Positions 36,905 to 46,417 of a stretch of DNA of 46,599 bases are shown here, one piece after another. The DNA comes from Patescibacteria group bacterium (GTDB taxonomy: Bacteria; Patescibacteriota; Patescibacteriia; UBA9934): assembly GCA_018896835.1 (NCBI GenBank), contig JAHILS010000035.1, forward strand, positions 1 through 46,599, read 5' to 3'. Every line of letters starts with the position of its first letter. Positions within the stretch are counted from its first letter, which is position 1. The position numbers were made by a program, and so were the translations under genes. Below the pieces are notes generated by a model. The model was not told where the DNA came from and did no database searches. It was given only the letters and a program-made list of their open reading frames with translations.

Positions 36905-37287
36905 TTTCTTTAAAACGATTTGGGAGAAGTATGAAATATGCATTTAGAGGAATTTTTAAAGTTATGGCACGAGAGCATAGCTTTAGGGTGCAAGTTGTGG
37001 CTGGAGCAATTGTTTTTATTATTATTCTTTTTGTTCCGTTGCAGGTCTGGGAGAGGATCGTGCTTTTATTGTTAGTTGGAGCTGTGCTTGTCTTGGAAAT
37101 GATTAATAGCATTTTTGAAAGATTATCAGATGGATTAAAACCACGACTAAATGACATGGTAAAAGATGTGAAAGATATGATGGCTGGCGCTGTGCTTATT
37201 ACGGCCTTTGTAGCTTGCATTGTGGCTATTATGATTCTTTACCCTTATATTTCCATCTATCTACAGGGCTGGCATCTTCTCGGATAG
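36901..37287 (+). CDS. dgkA: diacylglycerol/undecaprenol kinase (DgkA family)
   Basis: 128-aa protein with three TM helices and LVLEMINSIFERLSD (E..NSaiE..vD motif). ATGA overlap with ybeY. Confidence 0.85.
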   Translation: MISLKRFGRSMKYAFRGIFKVMAREHSFRVQVVAGAIVFIIILFVPLQVWERIVLLLLVGAVLVLEMINSIFERLSDGLKPRLNDMVKDVKDMMAGAVLITAFVACIVAIMILYPYISIYLQGWHLLG

Positions 37288-37314
37288 TCACAGATAAGGT
37301 AAAATATCACATGT

Positions 37315-38568
37315 ATGGCAGAAGAAATCATAACAGGTTTAGATGTTGGCTCATCAATGATTAGGGTTGTTGTTGGGCAGATTGTTCCTGATGATCAAGG
37401 AAAACCACAGTTGCATATTACAGGGGCTGTCGCGGTTCCATCTCAGGGAGTGCATAAGGGGGCGATCTCAAGCATGGAAGATGCAGTTTCTTCCATTTCT
37501 AAAGCGCTCGAGCGCGCTGAGCGAATGACTGGTACGGCTGTTAATGGTGCTTGGGTCTCTATTGCTGGGCATAATATTTTTGTGCAAGAGAGCCATGGTG
37601 TTATTGGAGTGTCAACACACGCTGACGCTGAAATTCGTGAAGAGGATGTAGAGCGGGTGATCGAAGCTGCCCGCACCGTGGCTACACCTTCAAATTATGA
37701 AATTTTACATGTTGTGCCAAAAAGCTTTACGGTCGACGGCCAGCATGGCATAAAAGATCCGGTTGGCATGAGCGGAGTACGTTTAGAGGTTGACGCTGTC
37801 ATTATTCAGACACTTTCCTCGCAGATCAAGAATATAACAAAGACAATTTACCGAACTGGGTTAAATATTGATGATTTGGTGTTTACGCCACTAGCAACTG
37901 CTGAGGCTGTTTTAACCCCACGTCAAAAAGAGCTTGGGGCCTGCGTGATCGATATTGGAGCCGCAACAACCAGTATGGTGGTTTTTGAGGAGGGTGACAT
38001 TTTGCACACGGCTGTATTACCAGTTGGCGGCGATCACATTACCAATGATATAGCTATTGGACTCCGAACGTCGCTTGAAGTCGCGGACCGAGTTAAAAAA
38101 GAGATTGGGAACGCAGTACCAGATGATGTTGACCGCAAAGGTCAATTTCAGCTGTCAGATTTTGGTTCAGAAGAACAGGAGCCGGTGAAGCAAAGGTTTG
38201 TGGCCGAGATTATTGAAGCACGAGTTGAGGAGCTTTTTGAAAATATCGACGATGAATTACGTAAGATTGATCGTTCGGGCATGTTACCAGTTGGAGTTAT
38301 TTTAACAGGATCGACCATGCATTTGCCTGGCATTGCCGAAGTGGCAAAGCGAGTATTGCGTTTGCCTTCAACCATCGGCAAGCCAATTGGAGTATCAAGC
38401 GTAATTGATGAGGTCCAGGATTGCGCGTATGCCACTGCGGTCGGGCTTACTTTATGGGGATTTGCAATTAGGTCGGCTCATGGCAAGGGATTTTCATTTT
38501 TGAATATAAAAGGAGTTAATCAAATCGCGGATCAGTTGCGTAAATGGATGAAGTCACTCATTCCATAG
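37315..38568 (+). CDS. ftsA: cell division protein FtsA
   Basis: Actin-like ATPase motifs GLDVGSSMIRVVVG ... VIDIGAATTSMVVF ... LTGS, adjacent to ftsZ. Confidence 0.92.
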   Translation: MAEEIITGLDVGSSMIRVVVGQIVPDDQGKPQLHITGAVAVPSQGVHKGAISSMEDAVSSISKALERAERMTGTAVNGAWVSIAGHNIFVQESHGVIGVSTHADAEIREEDVERVIEAARTVATPSNYEILHVVPKSFTVDGQHGIKDPVGMSGVRLEVDAVIIQTLSSQIKNITKTIYRTGLNIDDLVFTPLATAEAVLTPRQKELGACVIDIGAATTSMVVFEEGDILHTAVLPVGGDHITNDIAIGLRTSLEVADRVKKEIGNAVPDDVDRKGQFQLSDFGSEEQEPVKQRFVAEIIEARVEELFENIDDELRKIDRSGMLPVGVILTGSTMHLPGIAEVAKRVLRLPSTIGKPIGVSSVIDEVQDCAYATAVGLTLWGFAIRSAHGKGFSFLNIKGVNQIADQLRKWMKSLIP

Positions 38569-38590
38569 TTGGAATTTATTGTTTTATTAG

Positions 38591-38613
38591 TGGCCAGCAC
38601 CGGGTGCTGGCCA
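38591..38613 (+). terminator. 10-bp hairpin between ftsA and ftsZ (attenuator/terminator-like)
   Basis: TGGCCAGCAC-cgg-GTGCTGGCCA followed by ATTTGTT. Confidence 0.5.
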
Positions 38614-38752
38614 ATTTGTTATCCACAGATTGCTTTTATCGTTTTGCTTCCAATGTGATAAGTTGTGAGTACAAAAAGTATTGCAAGTTGGCGAAATTGA
38701 ACACAATAAGTGTTCATCACCAAAGTATGTGATCACAATATGTATTCATCAT

Positions 38753-39982
38753 ATGGGACAAATAAAACCAGAAGTCGAAACATTCGCAAAAATTAAGGTT
38801 TTTGGAATCGGTGGAGCCGGTGGTGCTGCCTTAAACCGCATGATTCTTGAGAAACTAAAAGGAGTTGGCTTTGTTGCAGTTAATACTGACGTTCAGGCAT
38901 TGCACCAGAATCTTGCCAAAGACAAACTGGCTATTGGAAAGACTGTTACCCGTGGCCTTGGAGCTGGTATGAATCCAGAGACTGGACGACGTTCTGCCGA
39001 GGAAAGTGCTAACGATATTCGTAGTGCTGTTCAAGGAACTGACATGGTTTTCTTAACAGCAGGACTTGGCGGTGGAACAGGTAGTGGAGCAATTCCCGAG
39101 GTGGCCAAAATTGCTCGCGAATGCGGTGCATTAACCGTGGCTGTGGTTACTAAGCCATTTTCTTTTGAAGGCGCCCAGCGCAAGCGGATAGCCGAAGATG
39201 CTTATCACGAACTTGCTGAACACGTTGACACAATCATTACAATTCCCAACGATCGCATACTTCAGATAATCGATAAAAAGACGTCACTACTTGAGTCGTT
39301 TGAAATTATCGATGACGTACTCCGACAGGGGGTTCAGGGTATCTCAGAAATTATTACTCTTCCTGGTTTAATTAACGTTGACTTTGCCGACGTTAAAGCA
39401 ATCATGCAAAACGCCGGTTCGGCGCTGATGGGAATTGGTTCTGCATCAGGAGAAAATAGAGCAGTCGAGGCAGCTAAAACTGCTATCGCTAGTCCGCTTT
39501 TGGAGCTTTCAATTGATGGAGCAAAAGGCATTTTGTTTACAGTTACTGGTAGTGCTGATCTTTCTATGTACGAGGTGGCAGAGGCAGCGAAAGTTATTAC
39601 TGGATCAGCTGACGATGACGCGCGCGTAATCTTTGGAGCAAACATTGACGAGTCACTTCAAGATGAGGTTCGTATAACAGTTGTTGCTACCGGATTTGAT
39701 AACAAGAAACAGCGCAATGCACCAACGCTCGCTGGCGACGTGGACATTGCCCCTCACGGAAGTTGGAAGTCGCCAGATAGGGAAGAGCGGACAAATGTAG
39801 CTCCAAGACGTGAGTCACCGTTTGAACAACATCGTGTCTCACCTACACCAGTTCACTCTTTTGAATCCAGACCAGTTGAAAAAAAAATTAGTACACCCCG
39901 AAATGAGCCTGTTAAAGAGCAGGTAGGTCAAGACGATGATGATTTAGGAATCCCAGCTTTTATACGTAGGAAGATGATGTAG
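38753..39982 (+). CDS. ftsZ: cell division GTPase FtsZ
   Basis: KVFGIGGAGGAALNRM, GLGGGTGSGA (tubulin signature), NVDFADV. C-terminal DDLGIPAFIRRK FtsA-binding tail. ATG at 38753 chosen over the track's non-ATG start at 38681. Confidence 0.95.
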   Translation: MGQIKPEVETFAKIKVFGIGGAGGAALNRMILEKLKGVGFVAVNTDVQALHQNLAKDKLAIGKTVTRGLGAGMNPETGRRSAEESANDIRSAVQGTDMVFLTAGLGGGTGSGAIPEVAKIARECGALTVAVVTKPFSFEGAQRKRIAEDAYHELAEHVDTIITIPNDRILQIIDKKTSLLESFEIIDDVLRQGVQGISEIITLPGLINVDFADVKAIMQNAGSALMGIGSASGENRAVEAAKTAIASPLLELSIDGAKGILFTVTGSADLSMYEVAEAAKVITGSADDDARVIFGANIDESLQDEVRITVVATGFDNKKQRNAPTLAGDVDIAPHGSWKSPDREERTNVAPRRESPFEQHRVSPTPVHSFESRPVEKKISTPRNEPVKEQVGQDDDDLGIPAFIRRKMM

Positions 39983-39994
39983 ATAATTTAAATG

Positions 39995-40062
39995 ACCACC
40001 CCATACCCCTCCTTTGAAAGGAGGGGATTTTAATCAAGTTTCTCCCCCTTTCAAAGGGGGAG
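39995..40062. repeat. dispersed hairpin repeat (copy 2) plus a second related hairpin; likely ftsZ terminator region
   Basis: ACCACCCCATA-CCCCTCCTT-tga-AAGGAGGGG (40006-40026) and CTCCCCCTT-tca-AAGGGGGAG (40042-40062). Confidence 0.6.
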
Positions 40063-40127
40063 GTAGAGGGGGTGATGTAATCTAATTTCGTTGCTTGCCT
40101 TATTGATGTTTAGTACACTTATCATAT

Positions 40128-40592
40128 ATGCACTGCCCTGTATGCAGGTTCAAATCCACACGAGTCGTAGATTCCAGGCTAATTCCTGACGGATCAGGTG
40201 TTAGGCGTCGCCGTGAGTGCGAGAAAGCATCGTGCGGATACAGGTTTTCCACAGTCGAAGAAATAGATCTTGTGAATATTACGGTTATAAAGCGAGATAC
40301 CAGAAGGGAATCGTACTCGCGTCCAAAATTGGAGTCGGGGCTAAAGCAATCGCTGCAAAAACGTCCGTTTACTGACGCCCAATTTCACTCTCTTATTTCC
40401 AAGATTGAAAGAGATATTCAAAAAGAGCGTTCGGGCGAGGTTACCAGCATTAAACTTGGAGAGATTGTTATGAAGCACTTGCGAGTGTTTGATAAGATTG
40501 CCTATATCCGTTTTGCTTCTGTTTATCATTCATTTGAAGATTTGAAAAAATTTGAAGAAGAGCTCCATAAGTTGCTCAAAAAACGTCGATGA
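40128..40592 (+). CDS. nrdR: transcriptional repressor NrdR
   Basis: MHCPVCRFKSTRVVDSR zinc ribbon plus ATP-cone; 154 aa. Confidence 0.93.
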   Translation: MHCPVCRFKSTRVVDSRLIPDGSGVRRRRECEKASCGYRFSTVEEIDLVNITVIKRDTRRESYSRPKLESGLKQSLQKRPFTDAQFHSLISKIERDIQKERSGEVTSIKLGEIVMKHLRVFDKIAYIRFASVYHSFEDLKKFEEELHKLLKKRR

Positions 40593-40625
40593 TCAAATTA
40601 GTTCGTGATATAATGGTTACGAACT

Positions 40626-42029
40626 ATGAAACGACGTACAAAAATAATCGCGACGATTGGTCCAGCATCTTCTTCCGCCCAAACACTTTGTCGCATGATG
40701 CGCGCTGGCATGGATGTCGCGCGTTTAAATTTTTCCCACGGTTCTTATGCTGATCATAAAATTTTATTAAAACACATCCGTAGCTCGGCTAAAAAAGAAG
40801 GAAAGTGTGTAGCTATTTTACAGGATTTGCAGGGCCCAAAGATTAGAATAGGAGAATTACCAAAAGAGGGGATAGCTGTGGAAAAAGGTCAAAGAGTAAA
40901 GCTTTGCTCAGGACAGCACGAATACAAAGGGGACGGAGTTTTGCCTGTCGTGTATGACAAATTGCATAAAGACATCAAAAAGGGTCACAGACTATTTATC
41001 GATGACGGCTTTATCGAAACCATAGTTGAATCTGTCCGTGGCAGAATTATCAATGTCAAAGTTGTTTATGGTGGAATAGTTAAGGCGCAAAAGGGAATTA
41101 ATATTCCAGATTCCACTGTTTCTTCGCCCGCGCTTACCAAAAAAGATAAAGAAGATTTATTGTTTGGACTGGAAATGGGCGTTGATTATGTGGCGCTTTC
41201 GTTTGTCACAAGTGCTAATGACGTCAGGATTTTGCGCAAAATTATTAACAGCGAGTGTTTAGATTTATCTCGAGTTCCTGCCAAGATTATTGCCAAAATT
41301 GAACGGGCAGAAGCAATAGAGAAGTTTTCCGAGATTTTAGAAGTTTCAGACGGCATAATGATAGCCAGAGGTGACTTGGGAGTTGAGATTAAACCAGAAC
41401 AAGTCCCGATCATGCAAAAAGAAATGGTTGAGCTTTGTCGTCAGGCAGGTAAGCCGGTTATTATCGCTACGCACATGATGGAGTCAATGACTAAGAACCC
41501 AAGGGCAACACGGGCTGAAACTTCCGACGTTGCAAATGCGGTAATTGATCACACTGATGCAGTCATGCTTTCGGCGGAAACTGCCACTGGCGAGTTTCCA
41601 TACGCTAGCGTGCGGGCAATGGCCATGATTATTGATGAAGCTGAAGCGTCACGTTTTGATGATATCTCGTTTTATCAACTGCATGATATTGATGCCGTGC
41701 AAACCTCAATTGCTCAGTCTGTGCATATTATGGCGCAGAATAAGCAGATTGATTTAATTGCCACGTCTTCGTCTTATCCGGCAGTTGCCTCGACTGTAAA
41801 CATTTTTCGACCAAACGTGCCAATTATTATTGCCTGTCCAAACGACCAAGTTGCTCGACAAATGGTTTTGCGAGCTGGGGTTGACCCTATTGTTATGTCA
41901 GAAGCCAATGGCACATTTATACTGCGCATACAACGCTACTTAGCGAAAAATAAATTAATAAAAAAGAATAGTCACGTGGCTTATGTGACTGCGTCTCCTG
42001 CCGGCGAGGTGCAACTGATAGTTAAGTAA
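40626..42029 (+). CDS. pyk: pyruvate kinase
   Basis: RRTKIIATIGPAS, ARLNFSHG, MIARGDLGVEI, MLSAETA. Confidence 0.95.
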   Translation: MKRRTKIIATIGPASSSAQTLCRMMRAGMDVARLNFSHGSYADHKILLKHIRSSAKKEGKCVAILQDLQGPKIRIGELPKEGIAVEKGQRVKLCSGQHEYKGDGVLPVVYDKLHKDIKKGHRLFIDDGFIETIVESVRGRIINVKVVYGGIVKAQKGINIPDSTVSSPALTKKDKEDLLFGLEMGVDYVALSFVTSANDVRILRKIINSECLDLSRVPAKIIAKIERAEAIEKFSEILEVSDGIMIARGDLGVEIKPEQVPIMQKEMVELCRQAGKPVIIATHMMESMTKNPRATRAETSDVANAVIDHTDAVMLSAETATGEFPYASVRAMAMIIDEAEASRFDDISFYQLHDIDAVQTSIAQSVHIMAQNKQIDLIATSSSYPAVASTVNIFRPNVPIIIACPNDQVARQMVLRAGVDPIVMSEANGTFILRIQRYLAKNKLIKKNSHVAYVTASPAGEVQLIVK

Positions 42030-42149
42030 GCTGTTGGAGCAGATCAGGTCGATATTTAATCGACTAATTTCCCATTCAGACAGCTAGTCATAGATCCCGA
42101 GCTTGTCGAAAGGGAGAGATCTTCTGCGACTAAAGTATAGACAAAATAC

Positions 42150-42181
42150 AAAACCACCAGGCTCAAGTCTGGTGGTTTTTA
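42150..42181. terminator. bidirectional terminator between pyk and the small membrane protein gene
   Basis: AAAACCACCAG-gctcaagt-CTGGTGGTTTTT. Confidence 0.8.
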
Positions 42182-42202
42182 GTTGTTTATGAATGCTGAC
42201 GT

Positions 42203-42505
42203 TTAGTTAGGGAAAACATTATTTATACCTTCCTGGGTTATATCTGTTACCCAATTCGTAGCGTTTGATTCAAGAGCTGACCAGTTCACAATAGCCTGGA
42301 GTGCGTAAATTATTAGACCAGCAACGATTGTTGTTCCAATGACAAGCCCAACGCCACGGATTAGTCCTGATACAAATGCGGAAAGGGCATTCTTCCAAAA
42401 AGGCTTGTGAATTTCACGTTCAATATTTGCACTTATTTCTTCCACTATTTTTTTGAGTTTTTTTATTTCTTCAAGTTGTGGGTCTTGTGGGGTTGTTGTT
42501 GGCAT
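42203..42505 (-). CDS. small membrane protein (100 aa), possibly DUF5665-like
   Basis: Coiled N-terminus, then hydrophobic FVSGLIRGVGLVIGTTIVAGLIIYAL. The family name is recalled only tentatively. Confidence 0.55.
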   Translation of the reverse strand: MPTTTPQDPQLEEIKKLKKIVEEISANIEREIHKPFWKNALSAFVSGLIRGVGLVIGTTIVAGLIIYALQAIVNWSALESNATNWVTDITQEGINNVFPN

Positions 42506-42576
42506 ATGAGGTTAGTATAACAACTCTTGCATTATTCCAAAAGTTTTGTTACTATTTTCCCGCCACAAGAGATTGT

Positions 42577-42653
42577 GGGCTGGTAGTTCAATTGGTTAGA
42601 GCACTGCCCTGTCACGGCAGAAGTTGCGGGTTCGAGTCCCGTCCAGCCCGCCA
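42577..42653 (+). tRNA. tRNA-Asp (anticodon GTC), CCA encoded
   Basis: Folded by hand: acceptor GGGCTGG/CCAGCCC, D arm GTTC..GAGC, anticodon stem CTGCC/GGCAG with loop CTGTCAC, T arm GCGGG-TTCGAGT-CCCGT, discriminator G, CCA. Confidence 0.95.
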
Positions 42654-42705
42654 GGACTATTTCTTATCGTGCAACCTATGTGGATAGCAAAGATAAGGAG
42701 GAGTC

Positions 42706-42744
42706 GCAATCAAAAAATCGCCACTATGGCGATTTTTTGATTGC
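42706..42744. terminator. 17-bp perfect hairpin, bidirectional terminator between tRNA-Asp and the SEC-C gene
   Basis: GCAATCAAAAAATCGCC-actat-GGCGATTTTTTGATTGC. Confidence 0.75.
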
Positions 42745-42756
42745 TACTTATCTGGA

Positions 42757-45225
42757 TTACCCCCCACAACATTTTTTGTACTTTATAGGTTTGCCGTTTG
42801 TATTCAGTGCGCCACAAGGGCACGGATCATTACGACCAATTTTTTTGCCGTCATGTCGAAAAAAGTGAACAGGAGTTTCTGTAAGCGTGTCTGTCGCGAA
42901 ATTGATCTCAAATTTTTTAAGATACTGATAATACTGCCATGCAGCATCTAACTTCAATTGTTTGTTAAGTTCTTTCTTGTCAATATCATCAAGTCGTTTG
43001 CGTAATGCTTGATGTTCAGGTGATTCATCGAGCCATTCTTTCCTTTTCTCGATCTCTCTCATTTGCTTGCAAATTTCATTAGCAGATTCTAGCTCATTGC
43101 GGTCTAAATAATATCCCTCAAGTTCTTCATGTACAGCACAATAAGCGTTGTAAATTGTTGGATAACAAGGGTCAACATCTTGTAATTTTTTCTTTTCACG
43201 TTCTTTAACCATCTTAAACGCTTCTTGCAAAATATACTCCTCCTCAGCGTAGTCAAGAACTCTATGTAATGCCTGCGCAACTGTGAAAAATGGATGTAAT
43301 TCATATTGGCGTTTATCGAGAATAGCTTGAAAAGTATTTTGCCAATTATTCTTCTTTTCAAGAATTTGACAGGTCAGTTCTACTTCGGCGAACATGCCAC
43401 TTTGGAGTCGCTTTTCGAATGCATTAGCTAGTTGCCTGGCATTTTCTCGATAACTTTCTTTCTCTACAAGAATCAAAAAGCAAGCTACGAGTGTGGCCAG
43501 ATCTCCAAAATCTCCATAAGTTTGCCAATGCTTTAAAAGTTCATCTGGTGATTCCACGATAAAACGAGAAAGTAATTCAAATTGTTTTTCCAAATCTTGC
43601 TTTCGAATCTTCTTTGCATAGACCGTTTTCTCTAGATTCTCTACCGTATCCAATAATTTATCTACATACAACAAATCAGGACACCAACGCTTAAATAAAA
43701 TATCTGCGGCGGTAAATACAAAATCTTCATCTTTTTTCGGGCCTGTATAACGAGGATAAAGCTCATGCTCAACCAAGTCATCAAGGCATATATAATCTTT
43801 TACCCACTCGTTAAATATTTGTTGATTTAAACTTATGCCAAAAGTTTCAAATTGATCAACCAACTGATCCGTTGTCCAGTTAGCCATCTCTTCAGAGTCC
43901 CAACGAAATACAGGAGCGATACCTTCTTCCTTTGCTTTTCGAAGGGAATCTCCTAATCCATGAAAAATCAAACTATCATATTCACCAGACTCCAATCTAG
44001 CTCGAATCTGGATTCCAAAATCATAATTCGGATTCATTTCTAATGCGATATCAACCATTGCCTTACCCATTGAACGCTCGCCCGCCGCAAAATGAGCAAG
44101 TGCTTTGTTAGCAAAAAGTCTATAGGGTTCAGGAGCTGTCGTTCGTTCATCTTTGAGTGATATAAAACAGTCTTTATATTCCTCCACAGCCTGCGTGTAA
44201 TCAGCCTTAGAAAAATACTGATGAGCTTGTGTATAGTTTTGATTCCATTCTGTTGGAGGTAATGGAATTTGGTCATGAATGATATCCGGTTCTCGATTAG
44301 GATCCTCCAACACTTTCTGTTGAGGCGTCTTGTTATCAAGGCGTTTTTGCGGAGTGGTACGCTGCAAATTTTGAATCACGCGCATGAATTCATCAATATC
44401 ATCTCTATCCAAACCATCAGGAAAAAGTCCAGACAGCATAGTTAGATATGTCATGCTGCATTCGTCTTCCATTTCGGAATTAATCCATTTTCTTATCAAG
44501 ATAGCATCTACCTTATCGAGAATACCTTTCTTTTTTAAAAAATCATTCAATTCTTGATCTGCAGTAATTGGATCAAGATTTAAGACATTATCTTTATCGA
44601 CAAGTTTCTTTAAGCAGCCTTCTTCTTTTGTATCGATATTTTTATTCTCATGGTTGCTGTACATTATGTTATATACATCCTTCGGAGAAATGGTTTCCTT
44701 TGACTTCAAAAAAGTTTTTCTCAAATGGTCGCCCAATTTTACTGGCAATGAGATTGTGTCAGCGCTGACTATCTCATAATGGTCACCTATTTGAACAATA
44801 CGAGAAAACATCAAGTGACCTTGAGTTAACTGATGAGTTGCACTGCGTTCCTTTACTTCATAATCCTTACCTGTTTGAAGATTCTTTAAGAGTAAACCTT
44901 TATTTATATCAATATGCAATACCTCAAACAAGCCAAATTGTGCTCTCTTTAAAGCATTTGCAACCTTGAATTCTTTCTCTGAAACAGAATCTCCGTGACC
45001 TACAATAAACTCTTCGATAATACTACGACCATTTTTCAACTTAAAGTCAAATAGTAACCACTCGTTAAACCAACCCTCAACATCTGGTCTTTCGTTTAGA
45101 TACTCAATGCAAACCAAATCTTCTTTACACTCAAAGAATTCTTTATAAGCTCTTTTAAATTCTTTTGAACTTTTCTCTGTGTAGAAATTTTCAAATATCT
45201 TTTTTAATAATTTTTTTGGAATCAT
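42757..45225 (-). CDS. 822-aa SEC-C motif protein with TPR-like helical region
   Basis: C-terminal GRNDPCPCGALNTNGKPIKYKKCCGG (SEC-C metal-binding motif). A TPR-like AHQYFSKADYTQAVEEYKDCF is present; the rest is unrecognised and mostly helical. It starts 16 nt (18 positions) after the Fic stop. Confidence 0.75.
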   Translation of the reverse strand: MIPKKLLKKIFENFYTEKSSKEFKRAYKEFFECKEDLVCIEYLNERPDVEGWFNEWLLFDFKLKNGRSIIEEFIVGHGDSVSEKEFKVANALKRAQFGLFEVLHIDINKGLLLKNLQTGKDYEVKERSATHQLTQGHLMFSRIVQIGDHYEIVSADTISLPVKLGDHLRKTFLKSKETISPKDVYNIMYSNHENKNIDTKEEGCLKKLVDKDNVLNLDPITADQELNDFLKKKGILDKVDAILIRKWINSEMEDECSMTYLTMLSGLFPDGLDRDDIDEFMRVIQNLQRTTPQKRLDNKTPQQKVLEDPNREPDIIHDQIPLPPTEWNQNYTQAHQYFSKADYTQAVEEYKDCFISLKDERTTAPEPYRLFANKALAHFAAGERSMGKAMVDIALEMNPNYDFGIQIRARLESGEYDSLIFHGLGDSLRKAKEEGIAPVFRWDSEEMANWTTDQLVDQFETFGISLNQQIFNEWVKDYICLDDLVEHELYPRYTGPKKDEDFVFTAADILFKRWCPDLLYVDKLLDTVENLEKTVYAKKIRKQDLEKQFELLSRFIVESPDELLKHWQTYGDFGDLATLVACFLILVEKESYRENARQLANAFEKRLQSGMFAEVELTCQILEKKNNWQNTFQAILDKRQYELHPFFTVAQALHRVLDYAEEEYILQEAFKMVKEREKKKLQDVDPCYPTIYNAYCAVHEELEGYYLDRNELESANEICKQMREIEKRKEWLDESPEHQALRKRLDDIDKKELNKQLKLDAAWQYYQYLKKFEINFATDTLTETPVHFFRHDGKKIGRNDPCPCGALNTNGKPIKYKKCCGG

Positions 45226-45243
45226 ATGGATTGATTTTTTTGA

Positions 45244-46296
45244 TTACATCTTTCTATACCGCGTACTGCGCCCTTGGCCAAGACGTTCGATTTTCTTGAG
45301 GCGCAGGAGGACTTCCAGTGCCTGAGAGACGGTTGGACGTGCTACGCCGGTTACCTCGACAATTTCTCGAGGAGCCGCCTCATCAACTTTGCTCAAATAG
45401 TTCCAAACCGCCAGCTGCTTAGGCGAAAGCAGTCGTTCGATGTTTTCATGAGAGAGAAGCTCGATCGCTTGCTGTACCTGTTCTTTGCAGATACTCAAGA
45501 AGAACACAAGCCATGCCTCAATATCTGGTTTGGTGGTGTTGAGTGTTTTCTGGCTTCGACGCAAGGTGAGATAATACTCCGACTTGCTTTCCTCTACCAA
45601 TTTCTCGTGAGATACGTATGGAACGTAAGCGTATCCGGCTTTAAGCATGAGCAGATTCGTAAGGATACGTGAAAGTCGACCGTTTCCGTCTTGGAACGGG
45701 TGGATGGCGAGAAATTCGACCAAGAAGTTTCCAATAATGAGTAGGGGATGATAATCGCTTGCATCCAGCGCCCAGCTTGTCCATTCAACGAGTTCTTGTG
45801 TCTGTTTCGGTGTGAGATATGCCGGCGTCGTCTCAAAGACAACACCGAGCGATTTGCCGGACTCATCAAACATCTCGACGTTGTTTTCTGTCTTTTTATA
45901 TTCACCTCGATGACGTTCGTCTTTGTCAACAAATTTTAGAAGTTCGTTGTGCAGGTATTTAACGATGCTCTCGTTGAATGGGATCTGTTTCCAGGTCTCA
46001 AAAACGTTTGAGAGGAGCTCGAAATACCCTTGTACTTCCTGCTTATCGCGATCCTTAAATTTCTGCACGGAAATCCCTTGCATGAGTTTCTCAACGTCAT
46101 CATCCGACAAAGTCGATCCTTCAATACGAATCGACGCCCCGGACGAGGTCACCAAAACAGAACGTTTGAGTCTTCCAAGCGCTTGAGGATTCAACTTAGC
46201 CCCGCCAATCCACTGGCCTTTTAAGTGGTCAATTCCATTGATTATCGACCATGTTTTTTGAGAAACATTTGCTATTCGTTTTTCTCGATTATCCAT
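45244..46296 (-). CDS. Fic/DOC family protein with N-terminal inhibitory motif and C-terminal winged-helix
   Basis: Fic motif HPFQDGNGRLSR (45667-45702). Inhibitory-helix motif S-x-x-x-E-G as SIRIEG (46117-46134). C-terminal wHTH-like PREIVEVTGVARPTVSQALEVLLRLKKIERLG. Confidence 0.88.
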   Translation of the reverse strand: MDNREKRIANVSQKTWSIINGIDHLKGQWIGGAKLNPQALGRLKRSVLVTSSGASIRIEGSTLSDDDVEKLMQGISVQKFKDRDKQEVQGYFELLSNVFETWKQIPFNESIVKYLHNELLKFVDKDERHRGEYKKTENNVEMFDESGKSLGVVFETTPAYLTPKQTQELVEWTSWALDASDYHPLLIIGNFLVEFLAIHPFQDGNGRLSRILTNLLMLKAGYAYVPYVSHEKLVEESKSEYYLTLRRSQKTLNTTKPDIEAWLVFFLSICKEQVQQAIELLSHENIERLLSPKQLAVWNYLSKVDEAAPREIVEVTGVARPTVSQALEVLLRLKKIERLGQGRSTRYRKM

Positions 46297-46417
46297 AAAG
46301 TTACATTCTAACTATATGAGATTATATACGAATAGCCTCACTTCATCAAGTTGAAGTTAACGAATATTTAAACACCTCTGCTAATATTAGCAAAAAGGCA
46401 TACGGGGCAACCCGAGT

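Noticed and set aside
38681-38752. Upstream alternative starts proposed by the ORF track: ftsZ at 38681, S21 at 15941, the giant gene at TTG 16890, and the 427-aa gene at 4666.
   Set aside because: The N-terminal extensions are non-conserved-looking. In two cases (4540 and 16022) a downstream ATG has a clear SD. The 16890 TTG lies 3 nt after the -10 box.
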